DNA of 63,666 bases, counting the filler, from Cercozoa sp. M6MM (taxonomy: Eukaryota; Protista; Endomyxa: Ascetosporea), in the NCBI GenBank assembly GCA_040357565.1. It is 10 parts of 10 records of this genome, joined end to end, with 100 filler letters (N's around TTAATTAATTAA, not from the genome) between each part and the next. Parts side by side here need not be neighbours in the genome. Positions count along the whole stretch, not along the records: positions 48,887 to 54,431 come from JBDODJ010000887.1; positions 54,532 to 60,737 come from JBDODJ010000771.1; positions 60,838 to 62,131 come from JBDODJ010002072.1; positions 62,232 to 63,666 come from JBDODJ010002037.1; 6 more parts are not named here. The stretch is one strand, 5' to 3'. A program made the position numbers and the translations under genes. Under the pieces are notes generated by a model. That model was not told where the DNA came from and did not search any database. It saw only the letters and a program-made list of their open reading frames with translations. Positions 54,429 to 63,666 of the stretch are shown here, piece after piece; positions within the stretch are counted from its first letter, which is position 1; the number at the start of each line of letters is the position of its first letter.

Positions 54429-55086
54429 CACNNNNNNNNNNNNNNNNNNNNNNNNNNNNNNNNNNNNNNNNNNNNTTAATTAATTAANNNNNNNNNNNNN
54501 NNNNNNNNNNNNNNNNNNNNNNNNNNNNNNNTACTGCGTCTTTATTCCCCCTTGCTGCTTTACCCCCCCCCCTTGTTGTCAGACAAGGTGCGCAACCGCA
54601 ACTACTACTTCGAAGTCGACAAGCGCGAGCCGCAGTGGCAGGTGCGTGCAGGTTTACCCCTCCCCCCTCTCATACTTTACCCTCCCCCTGTCCCAGGAGC
54701 CGGCTGAGTTCAAGGCGGCGCAGCAGCACGTGCTGGCCGAGTACAGGAGATTGCAGTGCGACGACAGCAAGCCTGTGCAGCAGTCGGCGGCGCGTGTGTC
54801 TGCACTTGGAGCCGGACGTGCCTACACTCTGGACAACCAGGTCCCCCGACCCCTATCATTCTTTCCCCCTTTACCCCCATGTGTACACAGGCCGTGCTGG
54901 TGCTGCCGGATGCCATGGTGGACAGCGGCATTCTGCAACGCCTCGCCGATGCCGGTTTCCGACTGGACAGTAGTTTTATCCCTCCCCTCCCCCTTCCACT
55001 CTCCCAGTTTACCACCCCCTTGTGTGTGCAGTGTTCTCCATCCCGCAGCAGCAGCAGTAGACGCTCGCTTGCAGTGCCGATTGTAA
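53608..55086 (+). CDS. RUS (root UVB sensitive, DUF647/RUSF1) family protein spanning an assembly linker
   Basis: LPRRYPHSVAPEY, GVLGMQAMLLSVG and ALAW|ILKDGIGQFGSVLLA..RFE are DUF647 motifs; exons after the gap plausibly encode the C-terminus. Confidence 0.85.
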
Positions 55087-55446
55087 CTCGAAGTCACAAA
55101 AGAAAACTCATCATGTAGACCGACCCGCCCGCTGTGCTTCTGTCCCGACCAGACGCCTTCCATTCGACTGTTCTCGGCTCCATTGAACGGGACGTTTGCA
55201 CGCACTCCACTGAATTCGATATAGTATAGCGGCGTAGATTCTTTCTTCCCAAGCAAGTTTCTGTTCGTGTGATTTCAGTTGGAATTCCATGCCACTTCAG
55301 TCAGTTAGTACTGACATGTTCTACGTAAACTGAATTAAAAGAGACGGGTTGAGTGAATAGAGCAGTCTGGGGCAAATAAGTAACCATGAATCTGACTGGA
55401 CAGATCCATCTCTGTCGTGTGCAAAAGCGAAAGCGAAAACGAAAGC

Positions 55447-56136
55447 TTAGACATCGGCGTCGACATCGAAAGAGAAACCCATGCCGGCAGCGCTGCCGAT
55501 GTTGTCGATGTCCTCTAGTTCGGCATTGTCCGGGATCTCCTTCTGCTTGCGCAGCATGCGCGCCTCCGCGTCCGTGTACAGGTGCATCACGTCGGCCTTG
55601 CTGTCCTGCGGGAGGGAAAACAGTAGGGTACATGCGGAACAAGGAGAGAGGAAACAAGGAGAGAGGAAAGGCAGAGAGGCCAGGTACCTGGAACTCACGA
55701 AGGCCGACCAGGATGACGTCGCCGACGTTGACACGCCGCTTGTGCATCATCGTACCGCGGATCTTGCACTGCGGGGTAGCATAGGGTAAGATGGGAGTGA
55801 GCAACAAATGGGAAGCGTAAAGCACCTGTCTGGTCTTGCCGTCGAAGCAGAAGGCCTCGAGACGGCCGTTGCCGAGCATCTTCATCACCTGCGCGTACTC
55901 CTGGCCATCGCCCTTGAGCAGCAGGTCCTTCACGCCACCCTCGGGGGCACGCGGCTTGCGCTGCGCCTTCTTGCCCTTCTTCTTGGCGCCACCCGTCGAC
56001 TGCACCGCGCAAAAATCATCACAGATCACAAGCGGCCGTCAACAGCCCAACAAAAACTTGAATTCAGAACCAAAACAGAAAGCTCTCTCAAAAAAAAGCA
56101 CCAGATTTACACAGCGAGAAGCAACTACGGAACCAT
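55447..56136 (-). CDS. EIF1A: Translation initiation factor eIF1A (divergent), 4 exons
   Basis: [37 protein letters not shown]|DSKADV, YTDAEAR; acidic C-terminus. Confidence 0.93.
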
Positions 56137-56495
56137 GAGGGTACGCTCACAGGCCCACACAGTGCCAGGCGATAGAAATATCTCGCCAAAAAACTCCTCG
56201 CACCCCCGGTCACATGGCACCGTTTAATACCTTTCTGGGTGCCATCTTTGTCACTGCTCTATGCGGAACACACTAAGAATCCCGTTGGTTGAACCTCTGG
56301 TTTGTGGCTATAATTTTCTTCATTTTTTCTTTAAATGGTTGAAGTGGGGTTCGTGCTCTGTTTTTCGTGAATTGAAGTGGGTTTCTTGTGAACAGAGTAT
56401 CCACGCGGATGCTAGGAAAAAGCGACTCACATGATCGTTCTGACCGGTGACGGTGTCCCCTCGTGTCATACCGACGGGTGAGACAAGGCCGTTGC

Positions 56496-59167
56496 ATGAT
56501 CGGTGCCGTGTTTTTGTCCGAGCGAAAGAACAGCACGGTTTTCCGCGGCAGGGCAATGAAGCTCGGCGACGAGGACGAACTGTTCAGAGAGTCAAGCAGC
56601 GTTTTCGACGCAAACGAAACCGACAGTGATGACATTGAGGGAGACAGCGACGTCGAAAATAGCACTCTCAAGGGTGACTGCCGTCGCGCGCTTGAAATGG
56701 TTCCTGCTGATGTGCCCGAGACACCACCATGTCGACGCGTAGATAGTGGCATCGATGTGGGTACCGTTCCTGGAACCGATGAGCTCTTCCGAAGTCCATA
56801 CGCATGTCAGTGCTGTTTCATCGTAGAGAAGATTAAGCGATTCGAAAACGATGCAGATTTGGTAAACATGGTGCAGTCTTTTAGGTACGGACCTCCGTTT
56901 TGTTTTCATCAAACACTGACAGTGTCCAGTTGATGGTTGGCACTTTTGTTTTCCACCGTGGAGCAGTCATGTCGTGCACCAGCGACGTCTAGTTGCCGTG
57001 CGCAATGCGATCGTTGCAGTTCTCGGTGTTGGTAAAATGTCCGGAGAAATTGTTTCCTTGGTATGTTTGATCCAGCACTCCCGATAAAGTAGTCTTTATA
57101 ATCGCTGCGAGAGAGCGGGACTATCACGAACGCGAGAACTCTTTGTCGAAAGAAGTGGATTACAGGTACAATTTGTTGATACCTTTGCACCTCTACGATC
57201 ATCTAGTGCAAGTAATCGTCAAGCTGCATTTTGGTAAATGCGTATAGCGTGGAAAAGGACGCCGGTGCGATGTTGTTGCGTTCGATAGCATCGGTGTTGA
57301 CATTGATACTTCTGTGTGGCATCTCCGAATACTCTTGGCTGGGTACCTGAGGCTCCCTTTTTTACATGCGCTTTTAGAGAAACACACCTTAATTAATAGC
57401 ACACCGATACCGCTGCTTGGCGCGACGGTATTTGCAGCCAACGCTGCGATTTGGGTCGGCTCGAGGTACGTGAGCCGTCATTTTTTCTAGTCTATCTCAG
57501 TCACCCGACAAGTGCTGTAAACTGTAAATTGACCTTCTTAGGTCGCTGGAACGTGTGTGCGAAGTGGCTTTTTATTTTGTCGCAGCCTTGGTATACCCTT
57601 CAATCCATCGATCCTAAATTTATATAGGAGATAATAAGAACTGCTTGAAACCAGGGTGTTGTTGCAACTTGCGATTTGTTCACTCCACGAACCTGTACCT
57701 TAAGTTTTACACGTTTATCTCAGGCCCAAATGTATGTGACACTTTCTTTGGGCAACATGATGCTTGTGGGTGCAGCCGATACCGGGCGTGACACAGCGCG
57801 TGCACACGATGCTGCAGACCATTCCGATAACGGTGAGTGCTGCCGTGGCAGCACAGCAGAATTCTCTGAGTGCCACTCAACGCGCCGTCATTGATGTGCC
57901 GCACTTCTCTTCGCTAATTTAAACCAAACATCCGTAATGTATAAACTGATGTGGAGTATGTAAATTTATATTTACAGGGAGACGTTTCGAATCCTTGGGT
58001 TCTGCTGTGCTTTCTACGGCTGTTTTTGATCCTTCCGGTAAGACAGTTAGCCGATAGGAATGTAAATTTAAACAGAAACACCACATTGCAGGCAGCGCAA
58101 GAGTTGTACTACGCACGTGGAGCTCGCATTCTGATGATCTGGCATCGGTTTGAACTTCGGTCTTCGTTCACGCTCCGCGCCATCTTGCGTGCACATCCCC
58201 TGCGCTTCCTTCTGCCGACATGTGCTGTCCTGGTCACAGCCCTGTCATACTGCATGTTCAGGTACGACCCTTTCTCCGCGTTCGTTGATCGTTACCTGTC
58301 ATGTTCAAATTAATTACAATTTAAACTTAGTTGCGAAAGAGCGACACCGGGCGGTATCTCGTCGATGGGAGACGCCGCTTGGCTCACGTTAATTTCCTTG
58401 TTTACGATTGTACGTCGGATTACCACGATCCAAGTTTGTGTTCTACTAAACTTCATCAAACTGAAAACCAGGGTTTTGGCGACGTGTTTCCTTTGACGAC
58501 CTGTGGTCGCACGGTTTCCATCCTGACTGGTCTGTTGTCGACCATCGTCACGGCGCTTATTGTCGGCACGATCTACGCTGCTATCGCCCCGAGTGCTGGA
58601 GAGGTACCGAAGGTTTCGGCTTGCTTTAACTAACTTGATACATCGCAACTTAGGCTCGGCTGATGGAGTTCCTCCGAAGTTCGCAGCATCGAAACAATCT
58701 CAACAGGAAGGCTGCGAGTGGTTTCATGTGCTTACGATACCAGTTTGGGTTTATGGGTATAGCCCAATGAGTACATTCTTGTGTTCAGTGATAGCAAATG
58801 CATGGCGCCTCAAGCATCGCAAACTTCGAAAAAGCAAGCGCGGTGGGAGCAAAAACAGCGAAGGCAATGCCAAAGGTAGCAAGATGCGTACTTGGTTACT
58901 GCAACGGCACTTGGCCTCGTCTATCTTGTCGTTGGAACGAGAGCGCATGGCGGCTGCTCAAGGTGACTCTCAAATCGCGTTTTTCTCACCTGCCCAGAAA
59001 CTGAAGTGGTACGAATGCTAGGCCTGCACATGCCGGCCGATGGCTCTAGTACAAGCGGCCTCTCGTCGCTGCTGGACCTGCAGCGACACCAGAGTGCGCG
59101 ACACAGTATTATAGTCTCCCTTTGCTTGCTCTAAGATTCCTGCACTTGGATCTTTGTCGTGTGTGTT

Positions 59168-59227
<60 letters not shown>

Positions 59228-59862
59228 AACACAGGATCTGTTGCCGTGGAAAGGTAGTTTCGTTGTGCAAGTGTGTTGTTGTTGTTTCGTTGCTGCTGTA
59301 CGCAAAGGTGCCTCAACAGGGCACCTGCTCCAGTGATGACACGGACGCAGGTGCTGCCACGTCAACTCGCACAGAACCGTGTGCGCGATGCCGAGCTCCT
59401 GAAGCGGCAGGAACGCTTCGAAGCAACTGTATGTGGTCCCACCAACGAGCGTGTTGATAAATTAAACTAAGATGATTAGATGGATGAGACGAAACGCGTG
59501 CTTGAAGGCCTCTCCATTCGCATGGACGTTCTTTCTCGCGCGTATTTTCCACTCTACTCTGTTTTTGGTGCTAGCATTTAATTGAACTGTGTCTGTAAAG
59601 CGTGTCAAACTTGCTCCATCGCGCCCCGCCGACGTCGCTCAGTGACAACACACGCGACATGCAAAACCGGCGCACTCCGCGGGCATCACCTCGCTCGCGA
59701 GCTCGAGACAAGCAGCGACGCACACAAACTGCGGCACTTGAACCCGAGCTTGGCCTCGAAGGCTGCAGCACCACCGAGATCAACGAACACGACGACCACT
59801 TCCATCCCCTCCCTGGGCAGCGTTTTTCTTCACAGGGCTCGGTCTCCTTCCGACGCTTATAA
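56496..59862 (+). CDS. SK/KCNN-like Ca2+/calmodulin-gated K+ channel (ends approximate)
   Basis: Pore AAWLTLISLFTI|GFGDVFPLTTCGR, S6 TALIVG, and CaM-binding-like RKAA..VIANAWR followed by a coiled coil. Confidence 0.8.
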
Positions 59863-60011
59863 AAAACTCGGACGAAAGTGTGTCAGCACAAATACAAGTA
59901 ATCCGGTAGTGCATCACACGACACATCAATAATCTTCTTCAGTTTTCCTGGCTGCTGGTGCACGGTGACGCTGACCACTGATCTTGTTTGTGGATCAGTG
60001 CTAGCTGACCG

Positions 60012-60677
60012 ATGAAATCAGGTCTTTTTGGAGAGCTGCACTTAGGATCGCAGGCCTGGCCGGTTTGTATCGCCAGGCGAGCGCGATTTTGTGTCCAGTG
60101 TTCGATCCGCCCAGCCAGCTCGATTCGTGCCCGCGTCGACTCAAACTTGGCCAACGACCACTGACGCGTCATAATATTGGACAGTGCCGTGCGTGCAGAG
60201 TGTGTGGTGTGCCGTGCAGTGAGCAGTGTGTGTTGTGAGCGGTCGCTGTCACTCATCAAGAAACGCCACAGAACACAGGGCTCGCGTTTGTGTGGTGTGA
60301 CTCAACAACTCACTCAGCACGTGTAGCGTTCGTTCTGCCTCGCGCTGACTGATAGACTGATAGAACTTGCTATCATTGGTGGGCGAGACGCGATGGAGGC
60401 TGGTGCCATGAACGCTGACGGTAGGGAAGACCCTTTTTCTACTTGTGTGAAATGAAAGGATACTTGAGCTTTCTCATTCTCTGATCGGTGGCTTGCAGAT
60501 GGCCAGTGGACGCAACTTGTGCGCGCGCTCAAGGAGCCGAGCGGCACGATGTTTGCCGCTTGTCCCGACATGGTAAGCACAGTCTCAATTGGGCCTGTCT
60601 TTGTCTCCTTCAACTCGGTGATATGACAGGTGCTCAACTGGTTGGATCGACATCCTGGCATCACGGACATTCACCTG
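60012..60677 (+). CDS. Partial hypothetical gene
   Basis: In-frame exons ELAIIGGRDAMEAG..|GQWTQLVRAL..PDM|VLNWLDRHPGITDIH. Confidence 0.4.
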
Positions 60678-60837
60678 TTGGAAGCCATGCTTGCTGTAGC
60701 TTTACCCCTCCCCGTTTACATCTTTACCCCCCCCCCCNNNNNNNNNNNNNNNNNNNNNNNNNNNNNNNNNNNNNNNNNNNNTTAATTAATTAANNNNNNN
60801 NNNNNNNNNNNNNNNNNNNNNNNNNNNNNNNNNNNNN

Positions 60838-61356
60838 ACCCATGGTCAAGCATATGCCGGCTGCCTTCATGCAACAGCTGCAGCATAATCTACAGTAGAA
60901 TACCACGTGAGCGATATGGCTGCAGCGAGCTGGAACTTTGAAAGCCGGGCAGTGCACGTATACACGCACAGGCACAGGCACACGCACACGCACACACACA
61001 CACACACCTTGGAGTGTTCCTTGGTGCGACACACGCCATCCACAACCCGGCCGGTGTGTCATGAGACTCACACACACACACACACGGGCATGGCGTGTAT
61101 CGCAGCCAGAGGAAACGCCCTCCTCACGGCGCACTGCATGCGCAGTTGTGTGCATGCACGTGTGCCGTCGGTGCACTGGACTAGTGCAGTGCCAGACGAA
61201 ATGGTCTGGGCACATGCCTGCTCTCGTCGTCGCACGCAGTCGATCTAGTCAAAAGCAACGGCACGCTTAGCACTCGCACCACCGAGTGCGCCAATCTCAA
61301 GCTCGCACGCCGACTCCAGTACGTCTGTGCATTAATTTACACCCACATACCTTCAC

Positions 61357-61413
<57 letters not shown>

Positions 61414-61908
61414 CGTCCTAGGAAAAAAGCACAAGCCACCTGAACAGCAGACGCAAACGAATGCGAGGATGCTGCCTCTGCTTGCTCAACGACAGGCGAG
61501 CTGTCTTGCTCTGAGATGCAGTACGCATTAGATAGATACCAGACACACCATAGATACACAACACAACACGCTTATAGTGACACACACACACACACACACT
61601 CACACACACACAGTCAGCCAAGTGATGATACCGCGACGCAGCTTGAACGCGCGATCAATGACCTGACCGGGAGCCTCCATCGCCGGCAGTTCAACCGTGT
61701 AGCCGAGGCGGCGGTCCTCCTCTTCTTGCAGCACCTCGACTCGCTCTGGCAGGTAGTCCACCGTTTCTTTATCTCCGATGGGACTCGACTCGAGCTGTAG
61801 AGTGCCCTCACTGACACTCACGTGAGTCTCATCGATTTGCTCGGCGGTATGGGCCTCGTCGTTTCGCGTCCACAAGGACGACATCATTGAGAACAAACTC
61901 GACAGCAT
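60838..61908 (-). CDS. Partial hypothetical gene
   Basis: MLSSLFSMMSSLW...ETH|LESSPIGDKE...GIITW with sense-strand (TG)n introns; 3' extent unknown. Confidence 0.4.
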
Positions 61909-62269
61909 TGTGTTGTTTTTTGCTTCTACTCCGGGTAGATCTAGACCTACTCCACACAACACACAACTCAAGCGACTCCTCGCTGACGGACAGAAAACAC
62001 CGAAAGCGCTTAAAATCTCAAAAACTCAAAGCCAAAGCTCAAATCCGCACAGGCACAGCGAGACGTGCCGCGAGGCACTCCGGTCGCCTTTGTGTACCGT
62101 TGTGAGTCGCCTGACAACTGTGGAAAAGCGTNNNNNNNNNNNNNNNNNNNNNNNNNNNNNNNNNNNNNNNNNNNNTTAATTAATTAANNNNNNNNNNNNN
62201 NNNNNNNNNNNNNNNNNNNNNNNNNNNNNNNACCCCTTACCCCCTACCTTGCTTACCCCCCTACCCCAG

Positions 62270-63666
62270 GCTGGGTGAGTCCGGCGGGCGCGGCGCAGTG
62301 CCGCGTGTGTCCGAGCGGCACCTTCTCGCGGCAGCCCGAGTCGCGCGATCGCTGCAGTCTGTGTCCGGCCGGTACAGATGGACTGCACTGATGGACCGCA
62401 CTTATGGACCACACTGGTGGCTACACTGGTGGCTACAAAGGTGGCTACAAACTGGATACGTGTTTGTGTGTGATAGACACCTTCAGTGGCGAGGGCAGTG
62501 CCGAGTGCACGCCTTGCGACGCCGGCTGGTGGAGTCTGCCGCGGTCGGTACCCCCATTTTTACCCCCTTTACCCCCCTCTTTACCCCCCTCTTTACCTCC
62601 CTGTAGGCCGAGTGTTCCAAGTGCGAAAATATTCCGGAGCACTCTGTCTTCACGGTAGGACTTTTNNNNNNNNNNNNNNNNNNNNNNNNNNNNNNNNNNN
62701 NNNNNNNNNNNNNNNNNNNNNNNNNNNNNNNNNNNNNNNNNNNNNNNNNNNNNNNNNNNNNNNNNCAACAGGAGCCGAGTGGCTGCGCCTTCCGGTGTCT
62801 GGCGGTAGTTTGGTCTCTTCAGTGCACGTGTGTCCCCACTTGGCACGTGTCCCCCCTTGGCACGTGTGTGCCTCACTGTGACCCACTTGGCACGTGTCCA
62901 CTCTATGACTGGGACTGACAGGGCTACGTGGGCGACAACTGTCTCACGCCGTGGCAGAACCTCGTGGTACCCCACTCGCCTGTGTGATCGTTTCCACGTG
63001 TCTGACTGAGTGACCACCTGATCGATTACTTGCCTGACTGGAAGTGACCACGTGGATGACCACGTGGATGACTGAGAGTGACCACGTGGCTGTGTGTGTG
63101 CAGAACCTCGTGGGCGGTCCGATCTCACTGGCCGTGATCGCTGCCTTCACACTGGTACACTGAGCACGTGTCCACCCGCCCAGTTGGCACGTGTGTCCAC
63201 TTGGCACGTGTCCACCCACCCAGTTGGCACGTGTGTGTGTGTGACCCTGCCCAAGTAGGTGGCACTGGCGCTGCCGTTTCTGTGCTGTCTCATCATCAAC
63301 TCGCGTCGGCGGCAGCACAAGGTTTACCCCTGTTTGCCCCCCCCTGGTCCCCCCCTTTTTCCCCCCCTTTTTCCCCCCCCCCCCTGTTTACTCCCTGTTT
63401 ACCCTCCTCTTTACCTTCCTCTTTACCCCTGCTTACCTCCCCGGTAGTTACTGGAGGACCTGGCGCTGGAGGCGCACGGCGAGGCGCAGCACCACACGAT
63501 CGACGCCTTCGACGACTTCGAGAGTCTGCAGCAGTACCGGTGTGTTGCCCTCCTCCTACCCCCTTACCCCTCTACCTCTTTTTACCCCCTTTACCCCCTT
63601 TACCCCCTTTACCCCCTGTCCCCCCCCCCCCGAGCAGGAAGGACTACTTGCGACTGCACGGCGTGG
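62270..63666 (+). CDS. GCC2/GCC3 (ephrin-receptor-like) Cys-repeat membrane protein, internal part
   Basis: CRVCPSGTFS..CSLCPA|TFS..CTPCDAGWWS repeats, then NCLTPWQNLV|NLVGGP and a hydrophobic TM segment. Confidence 0.7.

Overview
Compact, very intron-rich eukaryotic (protist-like) nuclear DNA read in the standard code. It is a scaffold with nine N-TTAATTAATTAA-N linkers and three plain N gaps. Hand-splicing of short (mostly ~55-110 nt) GT-AG introns recovers about 28 genes. Recognisable ones: citrate synthase, CEP290, ZNF330/NOA36, a cNMP-binding protein, a cAR/Git3-type GPCR, a pseudo-cyclase/AGC-kinase fusion, NOL12/RRP17, a secreted Asp-box protein, RMDN, MMTAG2, a modular zinc-finger protein, a RUS-family protein, eIF1A, an SK-type K+ channel and a GCC2/GCC3-repeat membrane protein. 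Mobile DNA: a solo LTR with a 4-bp TSD holding two nested 5'-truncated LINE 3' ends (each with its own TSD), a second LTR copy, more LINE 3' ends and a decayed LINE RNase H. Most unusual observations: donors dominated by GTAC/+4C with weak +5G; eIF1A lacking Trp70 and neighbouring decoding-site residues; a predicted inactive class III cyclase fused to an AGC kinase; a highly structured LINE 3'-end RNA; strand-biased intronic repeats; and a 53-bp duplication that may be creating an intron. Gene models are manual and family calls rest on recalled motifs, not database searches. The taxon cannot be determined from this window.
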